Source of the DNA: Eledone cirrhosa
Lineage: Eukaryota
Direction of reading: 5' to 3'
Assembly: GCA_964016885.1 (NCBI GenBank)
Contig: OZ024743.1
Coordinates: forward strand, 149,420,001-149,484,000
DNA length: 64,000 nt
Below the pieces are notes generated by a model that was not told where the DNA came from, did not search any database, and was given only the letters and a program-made list of their open reading frames with translations. Below, piece by piece: positions 1 to 16,400 of this stretch; the first letter of the stretch is position 1; the number at the start of each line of letters is the position of its first letter. The translations under genes were made by a program, and so were the position numbers.

Positions 1-1013
1 GGTAAGTATATTACTTGTATGTTTTGTGCAGGTACGTATACTTTCTCGTACGTATATTTGATTGTATATGTTATGCCGTATATATTATATATTCTGGTAC
101 ATATGCTTTGGTTATGTGTATACTGGAGTTTTGAGTCTGTGTGTGTATGTGGGTTCGTACGTATGTAGGGTGTGTGTATATGTGTACTTTGTGTTTTGGT
201 TGACGTACGCCTCCGAACATATGTGTATTTATATGTAGGTATGTGTGTGCGCTTGTTATATACGTATTTATTTATGTACGTTTATTTAATTATATGTATA
301 CACACACACACACATATATATATATTTTTTTTTAGATATATTTTTTGTGTATTTGCTGTATACATTCGTATGCGTGCGGGTACAGGCGTTGCGTGGGTTC
401 TGTATGTGCGTGCGAGTTTTTTTTTGTGTACGTGCGTGTATTTGTATACCTATGGCGAGTGTTTTCGCGTATGCTTGTGTATGTACGTATATGGGTGCGT
501 GTATGTATTTATTTAATTTCAATTACCTCTGTAATTTATTTACTGTATTCTTAACTCTGAAGCCGAGAATCATTCGGTTTCCTAGTTAGAATGTTAGTCT
601 ACGACTTCAGTTATACCATTTACGTGGTTTTGTCTTTGCGTGCAATTGTTCTCCCGCTCTACATATGACGTATTATCTTCGTTTTTTTTGTTCATTGCCA
701 GAGAACGTCTCTATGAACCACCTAAGAGAATATTAGTCTAGGATTTCTTTTATACCATAAACGTGGTTTTGTCTTTGCGTGTAATTGTTTTTCACCGCTC
801 CTATTAATGACGTATTATATTCGTTTTTTTTTTCGTTCTTTGCCAGGGAACGTTTCCACGAATCAAAGTATCGTCTTCCTGTCTTCCTCCGGTTGCAACG
901 TTTTTTGAAATATTCACTTATGCGTTCACAGATTGACTTTGTTACTTTCAGAAGATCCCGTTAAGGGTGAAAGCAGCGATTCTTTTCTTAAACTTTAATC
1001 TGTTATTTTAATA
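1..1013 (+). mobile_element. Penelope-like element 3' UTR/pseudo-LTR (runs off window start)
   Basis: Reverse complement of 30557-31420, which lies directly downstream of a GIY-YIG ORF; ends at (TA)n; decayed hammerhead-like core CAGAAGA-tcccgttaagggt-GAAA at ~949-972. Confidence 0.8.
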
Positions 1014-1039
1014 AATATATATATATAAATTTAATTTGA

Positions 1040-1193
1040 TCAACCCCAGGTCTTTACCGTATTGTATTGACCCAGGAAGAATGAGAGGCATGTTTAACCT
1101 CGGTTGGATATGAACTCAGATTATTAAGAGTCAGAAAAAATACCGCAATGGCATCATATCCGATGTTCCACGAATTCTGCCAATCCACCACCT
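1040..1193 (-). mobile_element. tRNA-derived SINE (family B), decayed
   Basis: Similar to 36106-36293 (aacctcgg...tgaactcaga...ctgccaatccaccacc). Confidence 0.7.
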
Positions 1194-1793
1194 CTACATT
1201 AGTATATATTAAAACTTGTTAAGTGGTTGCAAACGTGCTTAATTTAGTAAAACAAGAATGTTTAATCAAAATTACATCAATATTAAGGAAGGAAAATACA
1301 TTAACCAGGAAAGAGAATTCCAAAATTTAGATTAATTAAAATTACTCAAAACCTGTATCGATTGGGTTTTGTTAGCCCAACTTATTTTATTTTTCATGCG
1401 GAATATGTCCCTGGGAAATACTTTTCATCCTTTTACGGTATAAGATCATTTCTAAATTTACAAACATTATACTTACACTAACAATAATGCTTACCGACAC
1501 AGATTTCTATTTTCCTTATGTGTTGGTTTCTAATTATACATGGCTATAGATAAATCAACTATAAAGTTGTCAAGTGTATGGTACCTTGAATCCCAACATG
1601 CCGCTAAAGCTGTCGAAGACGTTTCAATCATGTAATGAGTTACAAGACTTTATATTATCATACTGTTCAGTCTACAACTGTAAAATACTCAAAGTAGCTG
1701 CTTGATATGCTAGAAAAACCATCCAAACATTCCTCAAAATACTGACCTACTGTCTGAAAAAAGGAAGAATACATTGGTTAGTGAAGTTCTATA

Positions 1794-1959
1794 TACCGTA
1801 TTTCCTACTTTTTTCCTAAAATAAGTCTCAAAAATCTACCATGCGTCCTGGAGGCCGAAGGTTGCATTTTTCATTATTATTTTTTTTTTTTTTTTTAATT
1901 TTGGTTGCCAAAATTAGGGTGCGTCCACGAGGACAAAGCATCTTCGGCGAAATACGGTA
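1794..1959. mobile_element. MITE, Tc1/pogo-like
   Basis: Terminal inverted repeats TACCGTATTTC / GAAATACGGTA, ~165 nt, non-coding. Confidence 0.7.
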
Positions 1960-1969
1960 CATAATGGTT

Positions 1970-2175
1970 TCTGATTTAGGCACGGGGAAAACAATTTTAA
2001 GGGAAAGGAAAAGTCGATTAAGTCGACCGCTGTGCGTTACAGGTACTTTATTTTATTGACGCCGTAAGGATGAACGGCAAAGCTAACCTCGGTGGGATTT
2101 GAACTCAGAACTTAAAAGTCTGTAATTTCATGCCGCTAAGCATGTTGTCCGACGCTCTACCTATTACACCGCCCT
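1970..2175 (-). mobile_element. tRNA-derived SINE (family B)
   Basis: ggtactttattttattgac..cgtaaggatga..ggcaaagctaacctcggtgggatttgaactcaga shared with other copies. Confidence 0.75.
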
Positions 2176-3227
2176 GAGTTCTATATACATAATGTCTGAA
2201 TAAAATACTGGATTGTTTTGACTGTTTTGGTTATAGTCCGGTTAGACAACAAATAGAAACAGCAGTCAAATAAATTCAAATGTAAACTTAATAGGGACAG
2301 ACAGTATTAGACACTTCACCCCTGGAGGAATACTCCCTGGTGGGATGGTTACAGCTTGAACACGCTGGCATGGTACTGACTTATATCTTGCAGTAATGAG
2401 GGAACCTCTGCGAATACGAAGAAATAGCATCAGAATCCCCAATAAATTACACGCTACAGTCTTTACAAAGGGAGGGACACACTCAACCCATTAGTCCTAG
2501 ATGCTTTTGAACAATATTATGACATTCATGACTGGAATGTCTTTGGTTATATTTTTGCTTGATCACTTTTAACTTGGGTATAAACAGTTATGATTACATT
2601 CGTTAAACGGGCTATCTATAAATGAAATGCTAAACGAATGATTATCGTGTAGAATTTGAACCTCGTTACTATGAAAACTACCAATGTCATTACGGATATT
2701 ACTATATAAATAGAAATGGAAGACAAGGTAAAGATATTATGAGATATACAAATGATTAAAATTGTAGGAAAATTAAATTGACTTTGAGCGATAGTGTAAC
2801 AGTAATGTAGAAAGCTAAGGAAGTATTTCTAAAATATACTCAAATATACAGATATATTTGTAATGGAGAACGAGACTTGGAAAACACTTTGGCTTGCCAC
2901 AAATTGCAAATTTTTATTAGGGCATGTAAATTCTTTTGTCTTCTGAGGTATTAATAGAGTCCATCTTGAGTTTTCGAAGTTGGCGTGAAAGAATTAATAG
3001 GGCTGCAGGATAAGGAAATGACCCAGTGTAATGCTATTAGTATGCACTATGTTGCATCAGTACTCTACACGCATTATTGGCAAAGGCCAATAATGCAAAA
3101 ACATTTAATGATGATAATGGCGGTGTGAAAGAATGAAAGGGTTTAAGAATGAAATCAATTCGGTTTGCGTTTTGTATTTGTACATATATGTATCTGAATG
3201 TGTATTTGAGTATATGTGTGTGTATCA

Positions 3228-3397
<170 letters not shown>

Positions 3398-4134
3398 ATT
3401 CAATGATAGCAAAATAGGGATGGATAATCATAGAGTAGGAAAAGAAGTAAAATTGTTTATATTTATACATAGATAGCAAGTAATAGATATATGGCTGACT
3501 CCTTTTTCCCTGTCTTAGGGCATGCTAGTAAATGTCTTAAATATGTCTGTGTTTATACACTTTTACACATGCACACACACAAGTACACACACATACATAT
3601 ATATATATATATCTTATACACACACACACATATATATATATCTTATACACACACACATATATATATATCTTATACACACACACACATATCTTATACACAC
3701 ACACATATATATATATATATACACACACACACATATACGTATGTGATTATCTGCTATTACAATTGAACAGATTGTGTGCATAAGTGTGAACATATAATAC
3801 TGTCGCATCTCTCTATCTTTTTCTTTCTCCCTCTCTCACTTACATGTATACATATCTATATAATGTAAGCAGAGGCACAGAGATGACTGTGTGGTTAAGA
3901 AGTTCGCTACACAACCACATGGTTAAGTGTTCAAACCCATTGTTTAGCGCATTGGGCAAATGTCTTCTACAATAGCCTCGGGCTGACCAATAAAAGACGT
4001 TTAGAGGACGGAAATGTTCTGAAGCTCGTTGTGTATATATGTATGTACGTGTTTCTGACACCTACATCACTGACCAACCGGTGTTTTCTTGTAACGTATT
4101 GGTTCGTTGACGATCGCTTATCAGAATGTCTAAA

Positions 4135-5225
4135 GGTAGTCTAATGGTAAAGGTAGCGTTGTTTAAACTGGCCCTCTGACATGCCTACATATGTTTCCAC
4201 CTCCTGCAGTTGATTTGGTTGAGTCGATGTAACTTCAGCCTCATAGATGACTGTGGGTATGTTACACTGTTGTTGAAGAAGGCATGCTTCTGACCTTCTG
4301 CAAGACCATCAGGGTTGCGGAGAGCTCTTGGGATTGGTGGTGATGTGGGCTGTCATATTTTTAGCACAGGAATATCAGAGTTTCAACCTGTGTCTATTGA
4401 AGATAGATCTGAATTTATGTTCTATGGAGAAGTATTTGTCTAGGAGTGCCAAGAATTTCTTACCTACATTGGTTCTAACTCTGAGTGAGAATCGTGGACA
4501 GAACCAAATTAATTTTGTTATTTCTATTTCTCTTTCTACTGGTAGTGTGATTAGGAGGTAAGAAATGTTGGCTAACGCAGTTTTATAGTAAGGTGCCGCT
4601 CTGTTAAATATGACCTTGTTAGAAGAAATATTAGAAATCCTTAAACTGATGTTTTTAATGAAAGTTTTAAAGATGGTAAGGGGGTGACATGAGTCCTTGC
4701 GTATATAAGATAACTTTTCACAAAGTTTGTGGAAAGGTCTGAATGTGTGTGAGCGAAGGTCTAAATTGATGTCCAAATAATCTACACTAGTTAGATTTGT
4801 GGCTACGGTGATCTTAATTCTAACTCATTAAACGTAGAAAAAGAGCAAGGTCGTGACCGCATTTATTGCTCGATAGGGTCAGACCGTCGTCGCGGTATAA
4901 AACTGTTGGAAGTCCGGGAATCTGACTCGCAGCGTATCGAATATGTACAATTCAACCAAATCTCATACATCAGCACTATCGAATGATTCCATTGAAAGAT
5001 CGAATAGTTCGGAGGTAGTTGATTATTTTGTTTAGGCTACACCATTACTGAAGAGGAGGGTCTTTCTGGAGTGTGTAATGATCTGTCTATCTAAATCGTG
5101 GACGGCAGTATAAGTTTTGGTGAAGTCCAACACTTTATCCAACAGGGTCACCGAAATCGACGAATAGAAATCAACAATGTCGAACTGGCTGGATTTAGCC
5201 TTGTTGGTGCTGAAGGAGGTGCTGA
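4135..5225 (-). pseudogene. Penelope-like element reverse transcriptase remnant
   Basis: Broken frames with QFDIVDFYSSIS, SRKTLLF, YRDDGL (~4880-4900), YIRKDSCHP, IWFCPRFS..TNVGKKFLALLDKYF; homologous to 42138-42437. Confidence 0.9.
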
Positions 5226-8200
5226 TGAAAGAATTTTCTTCCAATGGTCGTTGTCTTAATGTATTGATATAGTTAAAATTATTTTGGGTCGATAAAATAA
5301 AGTACCAGTAATGCACTGGGTAATTGCTGGCCTTGTGCCTAACGTAGAAACAATTATTTTTTAATACCAGAAACTGAAGTTAGAGATAAGATGCGAGTGG
5401 AATGCTCTTGTATTTGTTAGTTTTGCTTGTATTCTACCCTATAGAGACTATATAAGTTAAACTATATATATATATGTGTGTGTGTGTGTGATAGAATTGT
5501 TACAGAAGTCAAATATGTTATGAGAAGCACCAAGGTTTTGACCAAAACATATTATTCATAGTCACAGGGTAGGCATAGAAATAGAAAGTAGATGATTTTA
5601 TGAGTGAATAAAATTGTGAAGAATATACGTATTTTTGTGTCCCCCCCCCCCCCCCCCGCCCAAGTATAGCTTTCCTTCACTATATATTAAGTTATCATTG
5701 TAGCCGTTTAAACTGCTCATTGTTTAACCCTACGGAAAAGAAATGCGGTTCCATCTTGTACATTAGCTATCTCATTTGTGTAGAAAGCTGACTGCAAATG
5801 AACTAGCGAGTAAACAACCTATTTTAAACCGAGGCTCAAATGTGTTTGTTTTAAATAATCAGATTTATTATCCACTTCATTCATTTAAAAAGTTAGCTGG
5901 TTTTTGGGGGGCAGTTATCTGCTTTACAAAATTTGAAAATAAACGAATAATGTCTTATTAATATTCCAAAGGCATACGGATTTCAAACTTATAAGTTTCA
6001 TCAGAGCAATGTTAAATTTAAAAATTAGTAGAGAATTATATGTTATGGAAATCAGATATGCAAAATAATTTTAATTCAAAAGGATGTTTATAGTGCTAAG
6101 CTGGTCACACAAATAGCTTTGCACTTAAATATCGTGTTTGTTTTTTTCAAGTTTTTATCCTTGGGTTTATGATTAATTCGCATGAATGAAATCATATCAG
6201 ATTATAACAAATCAGAAAGGAAATTGTGGTGCTTCCATTCCTCTTTGAGGGAGATTAATGAAATAAGTGAACCAGAAGCAGGCTTTATACGCCACCCAGT
6301 ATATACGTCTATGGATTAGATCTAAATATTAGTACTTTGAATCGAACAGTTTCATAGAACCACAAGTGATCTCAGATAGATTGCTATCACAATGTTTAAG
6401 CTGCTTAGTAGATATTTTCTTAGGTGTTTCTTTAGATGCTGTTGTGGCTAGATTTGGGATAATTATTTGTTCTACCAATTTCAGGGCTCTTGAACAAACT
6501 AACTGATTTATTTTTACTTTTCAGAAAGTGAGATTCAGTTCAGAGATACATTGCCTTTGGGCTTTAATTATTGCATAGAACCTATTTGAAAATATATTGG
6601 AATGATAAATGAAATATTTTAAAAGTGTAACAAGGTGTATTTATATAAATAAGTTATGAGTTGGTGTACTGAATTATACAAAAAATTCTCAATTCAGTGA
6701 AATTCCCTACACTATAATAATTGTTAGTGGTTCTAACATTTAATAATTAATTTACAATCTTTGGGAGAAATCGGAATTTCGTTCACATGTAATGGGAAAA
6801 CTACGGATATTTTTCAGCGTAATATATTGCAGCTAAGCTTGCTTCGATAAGGTGACTATACCTTTTATATTTAGAAAGAGAGTTACGAGGATTGTTGGTG
6901 AGTACAATTAGCATAACTGGTGATGGAGTGATGCACTGATTGCCGCATGCAACATGATACAATTATGTATATCTGGATGCGAACGTTTAAAATCTATTTG
7001 AAATAAACAGTTAATCAGTTTGTAAAATAATCTAACCATTTCTTTAAAGATGCAGATAACATTAAAATCAATAGTAAAGTCCTAGAAATTGTAGCTGCTA
7101 CAAACTAAATATAAATCCAAACCAAGACCATAATTTCAATTTACTAGTCTCAATTTCCTTCCCAGGACTATATGACACTTGCCTAAGGAGCCTTACATTG
7201 GAATCAAACTCTAAACCACATCATTGCAAAGCAACCTCCTAGCCTTACAACCGCACCTGTGCCCATATTTTCAATATCAGAGAAAAAGAATCAAACTCAC
7301 ACATCACAAATATCACACAGAAGCTAACAAGCAATAAAAATCATTGTGCAAAGATAACAACAATACTTAATACGGGATTGGTGCACAACAAATAACTTTT
7401 TTTTTTTTTTTTTCAATACAGAGAAATCAATAGCTATATTTTTCACACCAGGCCTTGCATAATAATGAAAGCAATTCACACCTTACATAAACAATATAGT
7501 AACATCTACAAATTCTCAGAAATACTGAGATTCATATTTCACACAAAAACTAATATATAACACTCACATAAAAAGCAGAACAACCGAAGCAATAAAAACA
7601 AGACTTCAAAACATATAACATTCACCACTTGGAAGAACATAAAGAAAGAACACATAGAAAGAATAAGCCAACACAAGAGTAAACTAGAAATAGCTCCTAA
7701 AATCTCATAAATCATGCTCTATCGTCTTGAAGGGCACATTGAATAATATAGTCCTAGATATGAAAAAAGCTGGAAGGTTACGCCTGGAACACATTGGACA
7801 ATATTTCTGTTCTAAGTTGACTCTGAGGGTTAAACAACAGTATGCGGGAAATAGTAGACACTTATCAAATAACCACAGGCCAAATGAATGGATCCCTTGT
7901 TGGTTTTGACAATGTACATTCAGTTATTCAATTAACTGAATATCTGACTCGTTAAAGTAACGTGTAAGTGGTTGTGTATTCCTCAAACCTTTAACATAGT
8001 TTATAACATAAACCAGTGTGATACAATATGTAACAAGTGTGGGTATTTGGATTACAGGTACAATATATCTGACGGACTTTCACAGTTTCTGTCAACCCAA
8101 TTTAAAATCTATATGACTTAGATCGATTCGAAGCTGTGGTGGAGACACTTATTCGATACAAAATGCAAAGGGATTGATCCCAAATCCTCATGGTTGTGAA

Positions 8201-9231
8201 AAGAACTTCTTAATCACTTAGCCACAGTTGCGTCCATACATGATTCATATTATAGAACAGAAAAACAATTTGATCCCCCATCTTTTAAAAAACAACACTA
8301 TAACTGGTATCAAAACAACTCTAGTTAATCCTGAAGATATATGTATATCAGCTAAACTAAAAAAAAAAAAACGCATTTTATGAGAACAGAATAAGGTTCG
8401 AAAATCAATTGAAATTATTTATCATTTTTCAATTTAAAGAGAAATGTGTACATTTGACACATTGACATGTCTAGATGATCAATGAATAAATTTGTATACA
8501 TATTCACGTAGTCCTGGTTAAATCTGTTCTGTATATATACAGATATAAACTCACTGTATAATCCGGCTAGTTAGCGCACAATTTAATTCATATCAAAATT
8601 AACTACCAATAGGAGCAATAATAATATGCAAATTTGTGTGTCCGTTCCAATGATACCAGATTTATGCCCCTCAGTTAGGTATTACCTTGTAATCGTTTAG
8701 CTGATATACATATATTCTGCTGAGAAGCCAATAATATTCGAAAATCTATTTAAATTCAATTTATAGGGAAGTACGTAAATTTGAAATGTTCGTGTGTTTA
8801 GATACTCAATGTATATTTATATACATATTTACGCAGTTTCAATTATACCAGTCCTGTATATATATATATATATAGCTATAAATTCATCATATACTTGGAG
8901 TTTTTTGAGACAAAGTTTTGTAGCCAGATGTCCGTTATGACTCCAACCCTTTTAGTTATTTCTTATGACAGGCATAGATACAGTGTTTGCATTCTAAACC
9001 TGATACAAGGTGTTAACATATATATTATTTAGAGTCCATGAAAATATAATATTTATAAAATGTTATATCTGTATATACACAGAATAGAAGTAACCGAAAC
9101 TACATAAATGTAATTGTAGATTTACACATTTTTAGTATATCATTTATAGTCCACAAAAATACATATTTTCCAACTTAAAAGGGGAAAAAAACATAAGTAT
9201 ATATATATATATATACTTATGTATATATACT

Positions 9232-9308
<77 letters not shown>

Positions 9309-9703
9309 CTACTATGTAATCGTAACCTTCTATTTATTTAAGTGTTTTGATACAGTGATTATTTTTCGATCAATTATTCTCCACCCAATTTCTGTTGCTA
9401 AGACTAGTTCCACTCAGCTTCCCTTATTATACCTATTCAAATTGTTAAAGCATGCACTAAGACTTTTTGTATTAGGATGGCATCAGTTTAATTGTATGTC
9501 TCATAAAATAGCTTTCATATTTGAAAAAATAATGCCTTTTATATGATTACTTGAGAGCCATCCTATCTCATAATCTCATAGCTATGAGGACAGCCTTCTT
9601 AGCTTAATTTCACATTATATAAACTGTGAATGTATGCATATACATGTGTGTCTATGAACATAAATATGCAGGTTTGTATGCATGTGTTTATGTACCTAAA
9701 CCC

Positions 9704-9740
<37 letters not shown>

Positions 9741-10045
9741 ATTATGTTGGCATAATTATTATGTAACATCTATCAATTGGAAACTTTTCCGTTTGGAAAA
9801 ATAAACAATTTAGATGATGGCATCAAATTCCTTAACTTTCCATTCAAATAGAAGTATAATATTCCTAAATTTTAAACAGTGGCTTCAAATTCATATTCCT
9901 TAATTTTCTATTTGAATACACTATTAAAGAATTATGTCTCTTATGAAAGAAAGAAACAGCAACATTCTTTAATGGTCAGTAGAAATGATGCTTTTGTAAA
10001 ACAGCACTAGTGGAGAAATGGAGGAATGTTGACGAAAGTAGTTGA

Positions 10046-10077
<32 letters not shown>

Positions 10078-10172
10078 AAATGGAAAAACATACATACACA
10101 TACAAGAATGCTTACGTATTCATACTTACATGTAATTATGTATGACTGTATAAATGATTGAGTGTATGATAG

Positions 10173-10203
<31 letters not shown>

Positions 10204-10218
10204 TTTCTGAATAAGTAT

Positions 10219-10600
<382 letters not shown>

Positions 10601-10789
10601 ACATACATACAGAGAGTCAGTGAGAGATAGAGGTGCATCTGTATATGTGCGTGAATATATTTAATATGAAATTTGCAATGAATGCATTCAAATGCAAATG
10701 TCCCTAATAATAGTTGATAGCTATAAATAATATATATAAATAATAATTTTTAAAAATCAGAATAAGTACCACAGAAGATTGAAAAGGAA

Positions 10790-10935
10790 AACAGGGATGC
10801 CTTCCAGGAATCAGACCCTGTATATCTCAGATGCTATGCAAGTGCATTAACCACTACACTAAGGAGGCCACTAATACCATTTTTTTTTAAATTGTAAGCC
10901 TGTTACTAGAAATGTAAACAAAACAGTTTACTTAT
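10790..10935 (-). mobile_element. Repeat with internal tRNA-like segment
   Basis: Minus strand TAGTGTAGTGGTTAA A-box-like and degenerate B box; homologous to 32275-32415. Confidence 0.5.
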
Positions 10936-11353
10936 GAATAGGAACTTGACCCAATTTTCTCAACTATTATAAATTATGATCAACTATTATAAATTATGAT
11001 CAACTATTACTATGGTCATTTGCGTTAGGATTCACGCAGTTTAAATTTCAAATTTTCCTCATGCTTCGTAAGTCAACCGCTTTGTTTATATTTCTAACTA
11101 CAGTCTTGAAATATTCATTATATAAGTGGAATTAGGGGCCAGGGATGGTTAATTAATGCACTTACCTGGCATCACAGAGAGCCAAACATTTTGTTTAATA
11201 TATTTAATATATGAAAGATAATATATATAGTTTAGACATACATTCATACAAACATACATGCTCCTATAAATGCATGCATAATACACAGCTAAAGTGAATA
11301 TATATGAGGTGATATAGCTAATAGCTAGGTATGAGATAATGAAGTATTTATGA

Positions 11354-11420
<67 letters not shown>

Positions 11421-11620
11421 TATATATACACACACATCCATCTTGTATTCATATTCAAATGTAATTTTTGGCCATTGTGGGAGTATATTAGAACACACAG
11501 CTGGTAGTCAAATATGTAAGAGAAATGATTTTAAAGCAAAGATAACAGGTAGGTTCATGTACCTGATATCAATGCAGAGCTATGATTGTGAGTGATTGAA
11601 CAAGGTAACGATAGAACAAA

Positions 11621-11621
<1 letters not shown>

Positions 11622-11651
<30 letters not shown>

Positions 11652-11695
11652 AAGAAGAAGAAGAAGAAGAAGAAGAAGAAGAAGAAGAAGAAGAA
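11622..11695. repeat. (GAA)n microsatellite
   Basis: Seen directly. Confidence 0.97.
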
Positions 11696-12003
11696 TTTTG
11701 GGGAAGAGTATGAGGAGTAGGTGGAGAAATGGAAGGAGAGAAGGGAAAGAAGAAAAGGAGGAGCTGGAAAATTGAACAAAGAAAAGCCGACTTACTAATG
11801 AATGTTTAGCTAACAGCATTAAGCATCATTCATCAAAGTCTTTGCGACATTTTTATTTGTCAACAAAATATATTCAGTTAGTCTAATCAAAATAATACCA
11901 AGATTCTTGCTAATCAAAATATCCAAGATAGAAAGAACGTTGGAATAACTTCTTTCCTTTGTTCAATCAGATTATACTATCTATATAAATATGAATGCAT
12001 ATG

Positions 12004-12805
<802 letters not shown>

Positions 12806-13756
12806 GAACAGTTTTCTATTAGAGCTGGATATTTTGTTCTATATGATTGCAGTACAAATCTTTCAACAATCACACATAGTTAGATAGAATTGGAAAACTA
12901 AACTTCATGGAACTTGTTTAAGCAGAAAAGACAAAAAATTAAGGAATAATTTACAAAATGTTTTCAGGAAAGTGTAAATAAATGAACAAAAATAGTGCAT
13001 GAAGTTGTATTTCATTTTTACTTCGTTTTTGTTTTTTCGTTTTTTTTATTGTTGTTGTTAAATATACAGAAATGAAGTTTTGAAAGAATTATTGAAATTG
13101 GGAATAGCATTTAAGGTGAAAAATATTGCTGACTAGAGACTCATTTAATTGTAATTAACAAATAAGAATGTTGGGGAAAGCTTTTCTCCCACCTAATCAT
13201 TTTAATGTTAATATCAAAAGTATACAGCTTTAAGGTTTTAGGGGCCTTACATAAAAACATACATATATATCAACCTGCAAAGGATGAACGAATGTGTATG
13301 CCATTGTGTAGTACAGAAATTTGAGACAAATCTCCCTGAGTTCTGGAACCACACCATTCTTCTGTAAGGAGTAGTAAAACTTCCAGTTATTATTTGCTTT
13401 GAAAAACATATTGATTCTATTATTAATGAGATGTGTGGTGTGTCTCTCATTGTGCCTGATCAAATTTAACAGAAAATAAAATGTAATCACAATGCCGACA
13501 TCATATTTTATTAAGGATACATTGGACAATGTAGTTTCTGGTAAAAAAAAAATTAATAAAACAACAAAAAGCAAGTTGTCTGTCATAGGTTGATCAAATC
13601 AACACCTCCTTCATCACTATCATCACCATCAACTACAAATACCACTACGATCAACACAAACATTTACAAAAGTCTCAGACATAAAAGAACAAGGGAGTCA
13701 ATGAAGTAGTTTAATCTCCTAGAAATAGCAGCTGAAGCTAGGACACATTACACAAT

Positions 13757-13990
13757 CAGGGGCAGTGAAACTGAGGAGAGGGAAGGGAGTCATTTCCCCA
13801 CCCGAATTATTATATTTTTCTCCCCAAACTACCAAAATACACATCTATTTGTATATGCGCTGCAATTTATGTACATGTTATGTTTATTGCATATCAAAGT
13901 TTTCTGACCATTTTAGAGTGCAAAGAGCTAAACTAATCACAAATTTACCAAATTTGTCCCCTCCAATCAGAAATGTTTCCAATGCCCCTG
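13757..13990. mobile_element. MITE, hAT-like termini
   Basis: TIRs CAGGGGCAGTGAAAC / GTTTCCAATGCCCCTG; no clear 8-bp TSD. Confidence 0.6.
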
Positions 13991-14442
13991 ACTATGTTAA
14001 TTGCAGGAAGGTTAGAACTGAGATACCTTTCATCATATCTCTGATCAAAGAGGGCTGAACTGGGATTAAACACCAACAACACAAACATTCATGCTATACA
14101 TTATTTACATTAATTCCATATAAAGCTAGCTGCATCACATCGATGTTGTTGTTGTTGCTGTTGTAGTGGTTATTTAGTCCTAATTCAGCTCTGATCAAGA
14201 TAACCTATAATCAAAAGGCATTCCAACTATGATCATCCCATTTTTTCAGGTACAGTGTATGAAGGATATCGGTATAGCAATGTGCTCTTTTGTTTTCAGC
14301 ATGGTAAGAATGAACTGAGGGAAATATAGTTGCTATTTCTGCAAGTTGAGTGAACACATAGAGTCTCCCTCATTGGTTTATTACTCTCTTGTTGGTCCAG
14401 ACACATATCATTTTCTGCTGTAGTGGTTACTATTGTTTTGTG

Positions 14443-14715
14443 AAGGCTCATGGCTTAGTGGTTAGGGGGTTTGGCTCATGATCTTAACATCATGAGTTTG
14501 ATTTCTAGTGGCATGTCGTGTTCTTAAGCAAACACTATATTTCACATTGCTCCAGTTTACTCAGCCAACAAAAATGAGTTGTACCTGTAATTCAAAGGGC
14601 CAGCCATGTCATAGTTTGTGTCCTGCTGAATGTCTCTGAGAACCATATTAAGGACACATGTGTCTGTGGGATGCTCATCTACTTGTATGTTAATTTCATA
14701 AGCAGACTGTTCTGT
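14443..14715 (+). mobile_element. Older tRNA-derived SINE (family A head)
   Basis: A box TGGCTTAGTGG, degenerate B box, cttaagcaaacact..cattgctccagtttactcagc core. Confidence 0.75.
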
Positions 14716-14879
14716 TCATCATCATCCTCATCATCATTTCATTTTACATCCGCTTTTTCCCTGCTTGCAAGGGTGGCTGTTATCTAATGTATTTGGACAT
14801 TTATCATCAGACCTGACTGCAGTCCACAAAATCTGTTGCAGTGGCTACTGTTGTGGTTACTGTTGTAGTTGCACTTTTT

Positions 14880-15310
14880 ATTGTACAAAAAGTACCCAGT
14901 TCAACCTGTAAGATGGTCGTGTTAGTGATATGACAAAAAGTGCCCGGTTAAGCCTGTAAGGTGGTTGTGTTGGTGACACACAAAAAGCATCCAGTCCACA
15001 CTGTAATGCGGTCATGGTGGTGTCCCAATAAAAGCACCCAGTCCACTGTGGTCATGTTGGTGATTTGATATAAAATACTAGGTTCATTCTGTAAGGTGGT
15101 TGTGTTGCTGACATGACAAAAAGCACCCAGTCCACACTGTAAAGTTGTTGGTGTTAGGAAGGGTATCCAGCCATAGAAACCAAACCAAAATAAAGATCCG
15201 TATTAGCAAGACATGGTCTCTTGACCTGACTTGTCTCATAATGTGACAACCCATCTAATCCGTCAAGTGTGGAAAATAGACATTAAACGGTGATCATGAT
15301 CATGATGATG
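14880..15310 (+). mobile_element. RTE LINE 3' UTR with ~45-nt subrepeats
   Basis: About six units aaaaagcacccagtccacactgtaa..gtggt, then ggtgttaggaagggtatccagc and (GAT)n tail, as in 44360-44610. Confidence 0.75.
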
Positions 15311-16367
15311 AACTCTGGGCTTCAGTCAGTTTGGCTTAAGCACTGCTATGTTACAACTGAAGCCAATTAAACACTTACAATCAACAGACAGCGCCTTCCA
15401 GCACCCTGACATATGCAACTATATGAAATCCAGTTATTGCTGCTGATGTTGTCGTTTTTTATCCCTAGATCAGCTATAGTTGAGCAAACCTATGATCAAG
15501 ATATTCCAGCTGTGTCCCTGATGTCTTTAATTTCATAGCTATATCTTTGACCCCATTGTCCAATAGGTCCTTCCTTTTTTTAAGATGCTAGGATATAATT
15601 TAAGAATGAATTGCTTTTTATTTATAGAAGGTCTACTTATAACATATCTAGTTTATTAATGTTGCAGGCAAAACATGGTGAAAAATAGTGTGTGAGTATA
15701 TGAGCAAGTGGGTGGATGAATGAGTGAAGGAGTGAGTAAGGGAATGAGTGTGGGTGAGAGTGTGTGTGAGTGTAAATGTATGTGTGGTTAAGTGTGTGGG
15801 TATGACTGAGTGGGTGCAAGGGTGAGCAGGTGAAAGAATGTGTGATTGAATGAATAAACCAGTGTGTGTGGATGAGTGAGTGAGCTATTTGAATGAGTAG
15901 AGTGAGAGAATGACTTAACTCAGTAATGATTTAGCAGAAAATATATTCAAATTTTTGTAATATCTTTATCAGTGGATTGATTGTTGTGAGAATTTTCAAT
16001 AAACTGGAGCAAATATTTTATATTTCAATATGGTGCAGTCATAATGTAGTTTCCTACTTTTCAAGGATGTCTGGCTAATGTGGTTTCATGTGGTACAGGA
16101 TGTTAAGAATTAACAAACATCAAAATAAACCCCATTAATGAAAGTAAAATACACATTCTATGCATGGCTTAAGTGAAAGGTCATTGCCTAAAGTGAGAGA
16201 TGTAGTAATGTAATTGATTTGTTTATTTTATTATCTAATTAATAATATATAATTGAATTGTGATAGAGCCCTACTTAGCTATTAATGATACATATTTATT
16301 GTTATATCAACTTTTTGTTTCATTATTATTTTATAATAATAATAATAATAATAATAACAACAATAAG

Positions 16368-16400
<33 letters not shown>

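Noticed and set aside
5221-5260. CTGATGA plus hairpin at a PLE boundary
   Set aside because: No GAAA or stem I; too degenerate to call
14880-15150. CRISPR-like regularly spaced repeats
   Set aside because: Degenerate tandem units of the RTE 3' UTR, no unique spacers, eukaryotic context
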